The notes: a model not told the origin generated them from the sequence alone. 64,000 bases of DNA from an uncultured Pelagibacteraceae bacterium (GCA_902604605.1 CACKZI010000001.1:42863-106862), one strand, 5' to 3'. Shown: positions 49,045 to 59,522, counted from the stretch's first letter. Translations and numbers: made by a program.

Positions 49045-50444
49045 TTATTTCACCAAATTTATCTTCAATCTTTTATTTAATTTCAGGGGTATTATTTATC
49101 TTGGCTCTTAGAGGTTTGTCATCGCCAGAAACTTCAAGACAGGGAAATTTTTTTGGTATTATTGGAATGTTAATAGCAATTACAGTAACATTTCTTTCTG
49201 TAGGAAATTATTCAGCAGGTTTTTTCTATGTTTTTATATTTTTATTAATAGGTGGTACAATTGGATCAATAATCGCTTTTAAAATTCCAATGACTGCAAT
49301 GCCGGAACTTGTTGCCGGTTTTCATAGTTTAGTTGGATTAGCAGCTGTTTTTGTTGCTATTTCTGCTTTTATAAACCCCGAAGTATTTAATCTTGGTTTT
49401 CCAGGAAATATAAAGATTGCAAGTTTAATAGAAATGTCAATTGGAGCTGCTGTAGGTGCAATCACATTTTCAGGATCAATTATAGCCTTTCTAAAACTAC
49501 AAGGTATAATGTCCGGAGCGCCCATTACTTTTAAAGGTCAACATCTACTTAATGCATTAATTTTAATATCTATAATTGTTTTAACTTATTTACTTTGTGT
49601 TTCTCAATCATCTAATCTTTTTTGGATATTAATACTAGTTTCATTCTTAGTTGGGTTTTTATTAATTATTCCAATAGGTGGAGCAGATATGCCTGTTGTG
49701 ATTTCAATGCTTAATTCATACTCTGGGTGGGCTGCGGCTGGTATAGGTTTTACACTTGAAAATACTGCTCTAATTATTACCGGCGCTTTGGTTGGCTCAT
49801 CAGGAGCAATTCTCTCATACATAATGTGTAAGGGTATGAACAGATCTTTCTTTAGCGTAATTTTAGGTGGATTTGGTGCAACTGAACAAACCTCTTCATC
49901 AAATAAAAATAAAGAGCAAAGACCTGTTAAAAGTGGAAATGCTGACGATGCTGCGTTTTTAATGAAAAATGCATCATCAGTAATAATTGTACCAGGTTAT
50001 GGAATGGCTGTAGCACAAGCCCAACATGCACTAAGGGAGATGGTGGATACTTTAAAAAAAAATGATATTAAAGTTTCTTATGCAATTCACCCCGTAGCTG
50101 GTAGAATGCCTGGACATATGAATGTATTGTTAGCAGAGGCGAATGTCCCTTATGATGAAGTCTTTGAGTTAGAAGAAATAAATAATGATTTTGCTAATGC
50201 TGACGTTGCTTTTGTAATTGGTGCAAATGATGTAACAAACCCCGTTGCAAAAACTGATCCGCAAAGCCCAATCTATGGAATGCCAGTATTAGACGTTGAA
50301 AAATGTAAATCCGTTTTATTTGTAAAAAGAAGCCTTTCACCTGGTTATGCAGGTATTGATAATGACTTATTTTACAGAGAAAATACCCTGATGCTTTTTG
50401 CGGATGCAAAAAAAATGACTGAAGATATAACTAAAAATCTTTAA
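49041..50444 (+). CDS. pntB: NAD(P) transhydrogenase beta subunit
   Basis: IGGADMPVVIS, PGYGMAVAQAQ, HPVAGRMPGHMNVLLAEA. Confidence 0.97.
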   Translation: MIISPNLSSIFYLISGVLFILALRGLSSPETSRQGNFFGIIGMLIAITVTFLSVGNYSAGFFYVFIFLLIGGTIGSIIAFKIPMTAMPELVAGFHSLVGLAAVFVAISAFINPEVFNLGFPGNIKIASLIEMSIGAAVGAITFSGSIIAFLKLQGIMSGAPITFKGQHLLNALILISIIVLTYLLCVSQSSNLFWILILVSFLVGFLLIIPIGGADMPVVISMLNSYSGWAAAGIGFTLENTALIITGALVGSSGAILSYIMCKGMNRSFFSVILGGFGATEQTSSSNKNKEQRPVKSGNADDAAFLMKNASSVIIVPGYGMAVAQAQHALREMVDTLKKNDIKVSYAIHPVAGRMPGHMNVLLAEANVPYDEVFELEEINNDFANADVAFVIGANDVTNPVAKTDPQSPIYGMPVLDVEKCKSVLFVKRSLSPGYAGIDNDLFYRENTLMLFADAKKMTEDITKNL

Positions 50445-50454
50445 CATTGATTCA

Positions 50455-51153
50455 ATGACCAAAATTTTCTGTGATATCGCCGACCACAATTTAATTAAGA
50501 AGTTTAATAAAAAAAAAATTGTTAAAGGATTTACAACGAATCCTAGCTTAATGAGGAAAGCTGGTGCAAAAAATTATAAAATATATTCAAAAAAAATACT
50601 TAGTATATGTAAAAACAAACCTGTTTCATTAGAAGTCTTTGCAGATAATTTTGATGAAATGAAAAAACAAGCTTTTAAGATAAATTCATGGGGAAAAAAT
50701 GTTTATGTAAAAATACCAGTTATAAATTCAAAAGGTTTATTTACTGGAAAAGTTATTAATGATTTAAATAATAAAAATATAAAATTGAATATAACTGCGG
50801 TTTACACAGCGAAACAAACAAAAAAAATTCTTAACGTTATAAGTAAAAAAAAGAGTAAAGTAATAATTTCAGTATTTGCTGGAAGATCTGGAGATGTTGG
50901 AAAGGATCCATTGCCAGAATTAAAAAAAAGTATATCTCTTGCAAAAAAATTTAAAAATGTTGAAATTTTATGGGCCAGTGTAAGAGAACCTTATAATTAC
51001 ATTCAAGCTAAACAACTCAGATGCCAAGTTATCACAATTCCACCTAGTATTATTGAAAAAATCGAAAAATTTGGAAAAACATTCCAGAATTTAACTTTAG
51101 AAACAGTTAAGACGTTTTTGATTGATAGTAAAAAATCAAAATTTAAAATTTAA
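50455..51153 (+). CDS. tal: Transaldolase (short MipB/TalC type)
   Basis: GFTTNPSL, VYVKIP, NITAV, SVFAGR, LWASVRE. Confidence 0.88.
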   Translation: MTKIFCDIADHNLIKKFNKKKIVKGFTTNPSLMRKAGAKNYKIYSKKILSICKNKPVSLEVFADNFDEMKKQAFKINSWGKNVYVKIPVINSKGLFTGKVINDLNNKNIKLNITAVYTAKQTKKILNVISKKKSKVIISVFAGRSGDVGKDPLPELKKSISLAKKFKNVEILWASVREPYNYIQAKQLRCQVITIPPSIIEKIEKFGKTFQNLTLETVKTFLIDSKKSKFKI

Positions 51154-51824
51154 TTTTTATAAATTTGAACGTTATAAAATAAATTTAAATCAGCGGATTT
51201 AATTTTTAATGGATAGAAATTTTCCTCTATTTTTCCCTTAAAATTATATCTTATTAACGAAATTAAATTGAATATAGAGTTAACATGCTCTGTTGCATTA
51301 ATATATTCGTATTCTTCACCAGTAATATCATAAGTTTTTTTTATTGAAAATAATCTTATAAATAGTCTTCCTAATCTCCAAGCAATTCCTGGGTCTGTTG
51401 GTAAGGATATTGACAATACTCCACCTTTTTTTAATTTTTTCATCATTTCGAAAATAAATTCTTCTGGTGACAGTATATGTTCTAAGCAGTGAGAAATTAT
51501 AATTCTATCAAAAAAATCATCATCATAAGGAAGATTTTTCCCATCATACTTTTTGAAATAAACATTTTTTTTTGAATTTTCTTTAAATACTGATGATGCA
51601 TAATCTGACGTTTCAGCAATATGATATTCTTTAAAAGAGTGAGATAGATAATCTAAGTGAGGTGCACTTCCTGCGCCAATTTCTAATATTTTATCATATG
51701 AGTCTTTTTTATTAAAATTTTCAAGTTTTTTATGACAATAATCCATTAATACTCCCAACAATCCTGAATATAAATGTGAGTTATATTTTTTGTCTAATTC
51801 TCTAAAAGATTCTTTTTTATACAT
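51150..51824 (-). CDS. Class I SAM-dependent methyltransferase
   Basis: ILEIGAGS, LPYDDDFFD, HCLEH, KKGG. Confidence 0.85.
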   Translation of the reverse strand: MYKKESFRELDKKYNSHLYSGLLGVLMDYCHKKLENFNKKDSYDKILEIGAGSAPHLDYLSHSFKEYHIAETSDYASSVFKENSKKNVYFKKYDGKNLPYDDDFFDRIIISHCLEHILSPEEFIFEMMKKLKKGGVLSISLPTDPGIAWRLGRLFIRLFSIKKTYDITGEEYEYINATEHVNSIFNLISLIRYNFKGKIEENFYPLKIKSADLNLFYNVQIYKN

Positions 51825-51873
51825 AAAATATTAAAAACATATCCCTTTTAATTAAGTTTTCAATTTAAAATAA

Positions 51874-53991
51874 TTATAAATTTAGGTTTTCGACCTTAAT
51901 GCTCTCAATTAAAATTCCCAATCTTCTTGCATCTGGTGATTTTAAAAGTTCTAATTTTGTTACGGGATTTTTAATTTTGATCTTAATTAGTACTGTATCT
52001 TCCTTGAAATTATCTTTATTTAAATCAAGGACTAAATATTTATCTTTTAAATCATTAATATCCTTAATACTAAATTTTTCATAAAAATTTTCATTTATAT
52101 AGATTTCAAAAATAATAGGATTATTGTTTTTGGTTATTATTGAGTTTATTTTTAGTTTTATTTTGAAATTATCAACAATCTCACTATCTAATCTAAATAA
52201 TATGTTTGAAATGTTGCCCTCTGACCAAATACCACTTTGATTTTCTCCAAAATTATGTGTCCATCCAAAACCATGAGGAGACTCTTGATTCTTGAAATTG
52301 AAATCATAATTCTTATTTGATTTAATAATTTTTGGCAAAAAATTATCTAACATTTTAAATTCCTTATCAGTCATCTCATCACGATAACCATTGATTGCAA
52401 TCCAGTTTTTGTCTTTATAAAAAAAACCAACATTTTCATTTTTAAAATTAAAATAAAGATTTCTAAGATGATTATGATTATCGATTGCAAAAATAGTTTC
52501 AGACGGCATTATTTTTTCATTAAATTGGTTATATAAATTTGACCTTGTTATAGAGGCTAATTTTCTGTTGTATCTTCCATGAATTGAAATATCTGTTTTT
52601 TTTATATCTTTTAAAAGTAAAACATTACGTAAGTTATGAAGAAACTTTGATTGATTATCTTGATACGTTGTTCTTAAAACAGGATTAGTTTTAGCTATCT
52701 TTTCCCAAAAAATAATGTCATTTAATTTTTTTTCTTTAACAAAAGCTTCTGAGAAAAAGTGAGATTTGATTCCTGGGTAGATATCTGAAACTTGTAATAA
52801 AAAAAGTATAATTAAAATTGAAATTGATTGTTTTCTTGGAAAGTTTTTGTAAATTTTAAATATAGCAAATATAAATATCAAATAATATACTGGCCAAATT
52901 ATTCTTCCAGATGCACGTACAACACTAAGTAACCCATAGAATATCTTTGGTATTTCAATTTCAAAAATAAGATTATTGAAGAGATAAATCTTATTTGAAA
53001 TGGCAATTAAAAAGCAAATTAAAGTTATGAAAATATACGGGGTAAAATTCTTATCTTTAATTTCAATTTTGAATTTATATAAAAAATTAAAAACAAGATA
53101 AGAAAGAAAAATAATTCCTCCTAAACCTAAATAACCAAAACCCTCACTTCTTATATCAGTTTTATTATTAATGAATGCAGACCAATTTACACTACCATTC
53201 ACAACACTTGATTTATTTATAAAAAAACTTGCTAAATCAAGAGAGTAATTACCATAACCATATGCAAGAGCATCAGAAAAAGGAACATGAAAATATCCTA
53301 TAATATACATAGTAAAAATTAGTGAACCAAAAATAATGAAAATATTTTTAAAATTTTTTGTCTCAAAATTTTTGGTTAAAAAAGAAATAAAAATTATGAG
53401 CAACATTACTGTAAAATAAAAGTGGATTAAACATGATATAGAAATTAGTAAGGCCCAGAGAACTTTTTTAAATATTATATTTTCTTTTAGTTCCAAATAA
53501 AACCCCATCAAGATAAGCCAGTGAGCACAAAGAGAAAGATGAAAACCCAAACGATTTATTAATATTGGTGATAAAATAAAAAATAAAGATCCAATCAATG
53601 AGAAAGTTATATTTTTTGTTTTATCTGATATTATTAAAAACGAGATATATCCGTTTAAAAAAAAACATATTAAAATCCATAAGCTAAAATAATGAAATTC
53701 ATCAGGGAGAATGAATTTAAAAAATTTAAATATTAGTGACATGATAGGTATTGATCCAGAAAAGGCAATCCCACTTCCTAAGTTCATACCGTAATTTGGA
53801 TTACTTCCTAATGGAAATCTCCAAACATCATCTCTAAAAAATTTCCATGAAATGATATCTGTGCTAGCATCGTGGGCAGCTAACCAACTTGTATTTGTTA
53901 CACCTAAATTATTAATTCCTAATATTAAAATTGTGATAGATAATGATATTAATAAATAGAAAAATAAGATAAATGTGTTTTTATATTTCAT
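51874..53991 (-). CDS. Large polytopic membrane protein (DUF6311/GT-C-like) with C-terminal soluble domain
   Basis: W.FFR.D.W.FPLG.NP.YG, HLSLCAHW, EGFGYLGLG, RASGR; C-terminal GW...E..G.WS...D.R.LGI beta domain. Confidence 0.65.
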   Translation of the reverse strand: MKYKNTFILFFYLLISLSITILILGINNLGVTNTSWLAAHDASTDIISWKFFRDDVWRFPLGSNPNYGMNLGSGIAFSGSIPIMSLIFKFFKFILPDEFHYFSLWILICFFLNGYISFLIISDKTKNITFSLIGSLFFILSPILINRLGFHLSLCAHWLILMGFYLELKENIIFKKVLWALLISISCLIHFYFTVMLLIIFISFLTKNFETKNFKNIFIIFGSLIFTMYIIGYFHVPFSDALAYGYGNYSLDLASFFINKSSVVNGSVNWSAFINNKTDIRSEGFGYLGLGGIIFLSYLVFNFLYKFKIEIKDKNFTPYIFITLICFLIAISNKIYLFNNLIFEIEIPKIFYGLLSVVRASGRIIWPVYYLIFIFAIFKIYKNFPRKQSISILIILFLLQVSDIYPGIKSHFFSEAFVKEKKLNDIIFWEKIAKTNPVLRTTYQDNQSKFLHNLRNVLLLKDIKKTDISIHGRYNRKLASITRSNLYNQFNEKIMPSETIFAIDNHNHLRNLYFNFKNENVGFFYKDKNWIAINGYRDEMTDKEFKMLDNFLPKIIKSNKNYDFNFKNQESPHGFGWTHNFGENQSGIWSEGNISNILFRLDSEIVDNFKIKLKINSIITKNNNPIIFEIYINENFYEKFSIKDINDLKDKYLVLDLNKDNFKEDTVLIKIKIKNPVTKLELLKSPDARRLGILIESIKVENLNL

Positions 53992-54057
53992 TTTTAGATT
54001 TTTTTTGTAAGATATTAATAAAAAAATATGTTCAAAATATATAAATTATAACTAGAC

Positions 54058-55635
54058 ATGAATATTATTCCATTTGCTCAAAAATTAAATAATTCATTTA
54101 AAATAAAAAAAAATACAAATGTTCCTTCAACTGAAGAATTAATTAATAGGGGTTTTGCTCCTAAAAACAACAAAATAGATATATTGTTTATAAATCCACC
54201 TTCCACGATATCAGAAAGGTATGGCAAAGATGATATGGGAGAAGTTGGCGGTGATTTGATTCCTTTGGGGATGGCCAGCTTAGCTGCATATATAAGAGAA
54301 ATGGGTTTTGGCGTGGGAGTGCTAGATTGTCCAACATTAAGAATTGATAACGAAGAAGTTTATAAAATAATTGTTGAAAAAGATCCTACTATCATAGGAT
54401 TCTCAACAACAACATATTCTTTATCTAGAGCAACAGAACTAGCTAGAAAAATCAGAGACAAATTACCAAATAAACTTACAGTAATAGGTGGTTCACATGC
54501 AAATGTAGCAGGTACAGAAACTGCAGAAGAATATAAAGAATTTGATATTATTGCATATGGACTTGATGGAGAATACATAGCACATGATATTGTTAAAAAG
54601 TTTAAGGAAAAGAAGTATGATAGGGAAAAATTTATTACAGATTATCAAAGCCTAAAGGAGATTAAAGGAATAATTTTTAAAAATGATAATGGGGAAATTA
54701 TCAAAAATTCTCCTAGAGAAAATATCAAAAATTTAGATGATTTACCATTGCCTGCAAGAGATTTGTTTCCAATGGAAAGGTATGTACCTTTACCTAACCA
54801 GTACAAAAAGCTTCCTTTGACAAATATGGTAGTGATAAGAGGTTGTCCATATTTTTGCTCATTTTGTGATCAAGCTGGGACTGGGGCAAGAAGAAGAAGT
54901 CCACAAAAAGTAATTGAAGAAATAAAAGATTGTGTAGAAAGATTCGGAATTAAAGAAATTTCATTTTGGGATGATACAATGAGTTATCATAAAAAATGGA
55001 TGAAAGAGTTTTTAGAATTATTAATAAAGGAAAATCTAGATTTAGTTTGGTCTTGTTATGCTGCTGTAAATACAGTTGATAAGGAAATTCTAAAATTAAT
55101 GCGAAGAGCTGGTTGTTGGAATATTTTTTATGGGTATGAAACTGCAATTGATGAATTAGCAGAAAATATTCAAACAAATAGAAAAAATAAAAATTTTGAA
55201 AGAATGAAACAAGTTGCCAAATGGACTAAAGAAGTTGGTATAGAAGTTAGAGGCTCTTTTTTAATTGGATTACCAGGTGAGACACCAGAATTAGCTAAGC
55301 AAACTGTTCAAAATGCAATTGAATTAGATCCTGATTATGCACAATTTACTTTAGTATGCCCTTATCCAGGAACAAAGTTAGCAAAAGAAATAGAACAAGG
55401 TAAATGGGGTAAATTTATTACTAGAGATTTAGAAGAATATCAATGCTGGAATGTAACTTGGTTACCAGATGGATATAAAAATCCAAAAGAATTAAAAGAC
55501 ATGGAAAGATATGCTTTTAGAAAATTTTATTTAAGACCAAGCTATATTTTAAAAAGAATTTTAAAAATAAGAACTATTGAAGATATAAAAAGATATTTAA
55601 AAGGTGGAACTGCTTTAATCAAATCATTTTTGTAA
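54058..55635 (+). CDS. Cobalamin-dependent (class B) radical SAM enzyme
   Basis: PLGMASLAAY, IIGFS, GGSH, RGCPYFCSFC, GLPGET, PYPGT. Confidence 0.9.
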   Translation: MNIIPFAQKLNNSFKIKKNTNVPSTEELINRGFAPKNNKIDILFINPPSTISERYGKDDMGEVGGDLIPLGMASLAAYIREMGFGVGVLDCPTLRIDNEEVYKIIVEKDPTIIGFSTTTYSLSRATELARKIRDKLPNKLTVIGGSHANVAGTETAEEYKEFDIIAYGLDGEYIAHDIVKKFKEKKYDREKFITDYQSLKEIKGIIFKNDNGEIIKNSPRENIKNLDDLPLPARDLFPMERYVPLPNQYKKLPLTNMVVIRGCPYFCSFCDQAGTGARRRSPQKVIEEIKDCVERFGIKEISFWDDTMSYHKKWMKEFLELLIKENLDLVWSCYAAVNTVDKEILKLMRRAGCWNIFYGYETAIDELAENIQTNRKNKNFERMKQVAKWTKEVGIEVRGSFLIGLPGETPELAKQTVQNAIELDPDYAQFTLVCPYPGTKLAKEIEQGKWGKFITRDLEEYQCWNVTWLPDGYKNPKELKDMERYAFRKFYLRPSYILKRILKIRTIEDIKRYLKGGTALIKSFL

Positions 55636-55644
55636 TTAATTTCT

Positions 55645-56361
55645 TTAATATTTTAATCTTATTAAAATAATATCTAATATCATTCTTGGAACATCTTTTT
55701 TAAAATTTAATTTACTACCTGTTTTATGTGTCCATTTTAGAGGTAGTTCTTCAATTCCAATTTTATGTTTTTTTAATAAAATTGTGAGTTCGACGTCAAA
55801 TGCAAATCTAAATGAGTTAATTTTCCTAAAAATTTTTTTAGAATAAGAATTATGAAACACTTTAAACCCGCATTGTGTGTCTCCAAGTTTTATATCAAAC
55901 ATTAATCTTATTAATTTTTTGAAGAAAAAACCCAAAAAAACTCTATACTTTGATGCCCTGATAATGGAATTTTTATGTTCTCTTGAACCATAGTATGCTT
56001 TTTTATTTGAGACAAAAATATTCTTATTATACCACTTAATGAATTGTATTGGATGAACCGATAAGTCTGCGTCACAGATAAGAACCCATTCATTTTTAGC
56101 CTTTAAAATTCCTTTTTTTACCGCAAAACCTTTCCCTACATTTTTATTATATCTTATTATTTTTTTTTTCAAATTTTTTGATTTTATAAAATTCATTCTT
56201 TTTAATATAGTTATAGTTTCATCTGTACTTCCATCATCAACAAAAATTATTTCAATTTTGTTTTTTTTAAATTTTTTTATAAATTTGTTAAGAATAGTAA
56301 TTGTTTTTTTTAATCTTTTTTCTTCGTTATATAAGGGTATAATTATAGATAGGCTGATCAT
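55645..56361 (-). CDS. Dolichyl/polyprenol-phosphate glucosyltransferase-like GT2
   Basis: IPLYNE, DDGSTD, GKGFAV, DADLS, DTQCGFK, FAFDVE. Confidence 0.88.
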   Translation of the reverse strand: MISLSIIIPLYNEEKRLKKTITILNKFIKKFKKNKIEIIFVDDGSTDETITILKRMNFIKSKNLKKKIIRYNKNVGKGFAVKKGILKAKNEWVLICDADLSVHPIQFIKWYNKNIFVSNKKAYYGSREHKNSIIRASKYRVFLGFFFKKLIRLMFDIKLGDTQCGFKVFHNSYSKKIFRKINSFRFAFDVELTILLKKHKIGIEELPLKWTHKTGSKLNFKKDVPRMILDIILIRLKY

Positions 56362-56417
56362 TTAATTTATATTAATATATTAGTTTTTTACTTTGATAAA
56401 TTAAATGATTAAATATT

Positions 56418-56494
<77 letters not shown>

Positions 56495-56500
56495 ATATAC

Positions 56501-56695
56501 TTAAATTCTATTTCTAAGTTTATTAAGCTTCTTTACTCTTTTAATATTTTCTTGAAGAATTCTCTTTTTTTTCTCTGAAGGCTTTTCATAAGTATTTTTT
56601 AGTTTGATTACTTTAAAGAAACCATCTCTTTGAAGTTTTCTTTTTAAAACCCTAAGTGCCTGTTCAACATTGTTATCTTTTACATCTATTTTAAT
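56501..56695 (-). CDS. rpsU: 30S ribosomal protein S21 with non-canonical ATT start, absent from the ORF track
   Basis: (M)KIDVKDNNVEQALRVLKRKLQRDG...YEKPSEKKKR, 64 aa. GGAGGT lies 4 nt upstream; no ATG/GTG/TTG occurs in frame after the upstream stop at 56731-29. Confidence 0.9.
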   Translation of the reverse strand: MKIDVKDNNVEQALRVLKRKLQRDGFFKVIKLKNTYEKPSEKKKRILQENIKRVKKLNKLRNRI

Positions 56696-56716
56696 AACTA
56701 CCTCCAGAAAAATGAG

Positions 56717-56745
56717 TAGATAGCACTTTTATTTTTTCATGTCTA
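56717..56745 (-). promoter_or_regulatory. Probable promoter of rpsU and tRNA-fMet
   Basis: TAGACA-17 nt-(TGC)TATCTA on the minus strand. Confidence 0.5.
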
Positions 56746-56765
56746 TTATTTTTATTCATTTCAAT

Positions 56766-57341
56766 TTAATTATTTTGTTTTTGTTTAAGCTTTTCTTTCA
56801 ATTTATTTTCTCTTTTTATTCTTCTTTCTGCTTTTTCAATAGCTTCTGTTAAATCCTTTTGTGAAAATAAATTAAGAGCTACAGGATCTTTTGCATTTAA
56901 ATTGTTATAATTCCAGTAATTTTTATTTCTTATTGAAGTGACGGAGTTTTTAGTTATTCCTACTAGTTTTGCAATTTGAGAGTCTTTCAATTTCTCATGA
57001 TTCTTAATTAACCATAAAGCTGAATCAGGTTTATCTTGTCTTTTAGAAAGAGGTATATATTTTTTAATTTTTTTTTCCGTATTGGATATTTCAATATCAA
57101 TACCTTTAATTTCTAAAGGTCTGTTTTCATCTTTTGATGAAAGCTCAATTTCATCTCTAGAAAGCTGTCCTGAAATTAAAGGGTTATATGCTTTTATTCC
57201 TTTTGCAACCTCACCGTCAGCTATACCCTGAACTTCAACTTCATGAAGTTTACAGAAATCTGCAATTTGTTTAAATGTTAAAGTTGTGTTTTCTACAAGC
57301 CATACAGCAGTTGCCATTGGCATTAATGGTGCTTTAGACAT
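56766..57341 (-). CDS. trcR: DUF1013 / TrcR cell-cycle transcription regulator
   Basis: PLMPMATAVWLVENT.LTF.QIA.FC, RQDKPD, DPV. True start is the ATG at 57341. Confidence 0.88.
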   Translation of the reverse strand: MSKAPLMPMATAVWLVENTTLTFKQIADFCKLHEVEVQGIADGEVAKGIKAYNPLISGQLSRDEIELSSKDENRPLEIKGIDIEISNTEKKIKKYIPLSKRQDKPDSALWLIKNHEKLKDSQIAKLVGITKNSVTSIRNKNYWNYNNLNAKDPVALNLFSQKDLTEAIEKAERRIKRENKLKEKLKQKQNN

Positions 57342-57342
57342 C

Positions 57343-57570
57343 TTAATTTTTATTTGATTTAAAATTTTGAAATTTTTTATTAAATTTACTGATCCGACCT
57401 TTATCCATAAGTTTTTGTTTTCCACCAGTCCATGCTGAATGAGATTTTGGATCAATCTCAAGTTTTAATAAATCACCTTCAGCTCCCCAAGTAGATTTTG
57501 TTTCAAACTGAGATCCATCAGTCATCTCAACCTTTATTTTATGGTAGTTAGGGTGTATGTTTTTTTTCAT
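57343..57570 (-). CDS. rpmE: 50S ribosomal protein L31
   Basis: [24 protein letters not shown]. Confidence 0.95.
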   Translation of the reverse strand: MKKNIHPNYHKIKVEMTDGSQFETKSTWGAEGDLLKLEIDPKSHSAWTGGKQKLMDKGRISKFNKKFQNFKSNKN

Positions 57571-57605
57571 GGAAAGACTTATAGCAAAAGATTTTTTTAA
57601 AACAA

Positions 57606-58346
57606 TTAAAAGTTATCTAATTTTTTAACTAATTTTGTACTTATATAAGCATTGGATGCAATAAGTTTTATATTTTTTGTTGTTGAAAGGTCAATTTCGT
57701 TAGTGACTCCTCCTGCTTCATTCACTAAAATTAAACCTGCAGCTATATCCCAAATATTTAAATTGTGTTGAAAATAACCATCATATCTTCCAGCCGCAAC
57801 ATAAGCTAAGTTTAAAGCAGCACAACCAGACTTTCTATAGAGAAAATCAGGTTTATTTTTCACTTCACCTTCCGTAACAAATAAACATTCATCGATATTA
57901 TTTCTTTTTGAAACTCTTATTCTTTGATTATTAAAAAAAGCACCATTATTTTTTTCAGCATAAAACATTTCATTTTTAATTGGATCAAAAATTAGACCAG
58001 TGGTAATTTCACCATGTGATTTTAAAGCTAATGATATTGCAAAGTGGGGTATTCCATGTAAAAAATTTATTGTTCCATCAATTGGATCCAGAATCCATGT
58101 ATTACTTTTGTCTTTATTAATTTTTATACCATTTTCTTCAGTGATAAATGAATAATTTGGCCTTGCTTTTTTAAGCTCTTCAATAATTATTTTTTCAGCT
58201 TTTAAATCTGCATTAGTAACAAAATCTTTTGGTCCTTTTTTTGAGACTTGTAATTTTTCTATTTCACCAAAATCTCTTATCAGTAATTTAGAAGCTTTTT
58301 CACTTGCTTTAATCATTATATTTAAATTTGCTGATATAGAGTTCAT
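57606..58346 (-). CDS. suhB: Inositol monophosphatase family protein
   Basis: [19 protein letters not shown]. Confidence 0.92.
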   Translation of the reverse strand: MNSISANLNIMIKASEKASKLLIRDFGEIEKLQVSKKGPKDFVTNADLKAEKIIIEELKKARPNYSFITEENGIKINKDKSNTWILDPIDGTINFLHGIPHFAISLALKSHGEITTGLIFDPIKNEMFYAEKNNGAFFNNQRIRVSKRNNIDECLFVTEGEVKNKPDFLYRKSGCAALNLAYVAAGRYDGYFQHNLNIWDIAAGLILVNEAGGVTNEIDLSTTKNIKLIASNAYISTKLVKKLDNF

Positions 58347-58350
58347 GATA

Positions 58351-58911
58351 TTAAATTTTTTTTATATATTCTAAATTTCTTGTATCAATTAGTATGCTGT
58401 CTCCTGACTCAATAAAAGGAGGAACTTGAATATTAAGTCCATTTTCTAAAATAGCTGGTTTATATGACGATGAAACAGTTTGGCCTTTTAACGCAGCATC
58501 TGTTGTGTCTATTTTACAGGTAACTTGGTTTGGTAATTCTATCGTAATAGGATTATCATTAAAAAAACTTATATTTACCTCAAGATTTTCTGTTAACAGT
58601 TTACCCTTTTCACCGACCATATCCTTTTTAATTTGGATCTGATCAAATGATTTTGGGTTTATGAAAAAATAATTATTTTCATCTTGATAAGAATAATTGA
58701 AGCTTATTTCATCTAAAGAAGCTTTTTCTACTGACTCACTTGATCTAAATCTTTCATTTAATTTTGTATTTTTGTTGACACTTTTCATTTCAACTTGAGC
58801 AAAAGCACCACCCTTACCAGGCTTAACGTGTTGGGTCTTTAAAACTTGCCACAAGTCATCTTTATATTCTAGCAGCATACCAACTCTTATTTCACTTGCA
58901 TTTATTTTCAT
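58351..58911 (-). CDS. efp: Elongation factor P
   Basis: HVKPGKGGAF, KPA.LENG, VPPFI. Confidence 0.97.
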   Translation of the reverse strand: MKINASEIRVGMLLEYKDDLWQVLKTQHVKPGKGGAFAQVEMKSVNKNTKLNERFRSSESVEKASLDEISFNYSYQDENNYFFINPKSFDQIQIKKDMVGEKGKLLTENLEVNISFFNDNPITIELPNQVTCKIDTTDAALKGQTVSSSYKPAILENGLNIQVPPFIESGDSILIDTRNLEYIKKI

Positions 58912-59522
58912 TTTAATTTTTTTATAGCTTCTATTGGTTTTAATTTTTTATTTTTCCAAATGTAGCTTGAGATAGCTAAAAAGTTAGCTTTATTCAACAA
59001 AAGTTTTTTATAGTTATTAGAGTTGATACCACCAATAGCAACTATAGGAGTATTTGTTAACTTTTTAACTTTTTTTAATAAACCAATTGATGCTCTATAT
59101 TTTACTTTTTTTGTTTTTGATAAATTAAAAGCACCAAAAGCTAAATAATCAGCTTTGTTTTTAATAGCAATTTTTGCCAAACTAATTGAGTTGTGACAGG
59201 TAATTCCAATAATTTTTTTACCAATTAACTTTCTCGCGGTAATTATATTTGTATCTTTTTGACCTAAGTGACAACCATCAGCATTAATTTTTTTTGCTAG
59301 ATTAGCATCATCATTAATCAAAAATTTAACATTGAATTTTTTACATATCTTTTGAATTTTTTTTCCAATTATTAATTTATTTCTATAGTTTTCTTTTTTT
59401 AATCTAAGCTGGAAAAAACTTACTTTTCCTTTTTTTAAAACTTGAATTAAATCTCGAAAAAAAGATTTATTAATTTTTGTAGGTGAGATGAGATAAATAA
59501 ATTTTTTTTTATTAAATCTCAA
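58908..59522 (-). CDS. thiE: Thiamine phosphate synthase
   Basis: QLRLK, INDD, ADGCHLGQKD, VAIGGI. Confidence 0.88.
   Translation of the reverse strand: MRFNKKKFIYLISPTKINKSFFRDLIQVLKKGKVSFFQLRLKKENYRNKLIIGKKIQKICKKFNVKFLINDDANLAKKINADGCHLGQKDTNIITARKLIGKKIIGITCHNSISLAKIAIKNKADYLAFGAFNLSKTKKVKYRASIGLLKKVKKLTNTPIVAIGGINSNNYKKLLLNKANFLAISSYIWKNKKLKPIEAIKKLK

Noticed and set aside
56729-56740. Tiny upstream ORF ATG-AAA-AAA-TAA in frame with rpsU (read-through or leader peptide)
   Set aside because: It lies inside the predicted promoter spacer, so it is probably not transcribed from that promoter; the SD position favours the ATT start.
57342-57461. N-terminal extension of the DUF1013 ORF
   Set aside because: It overlaps rpmE in another frame; family conservation begins at MSKAPLMP (57341).
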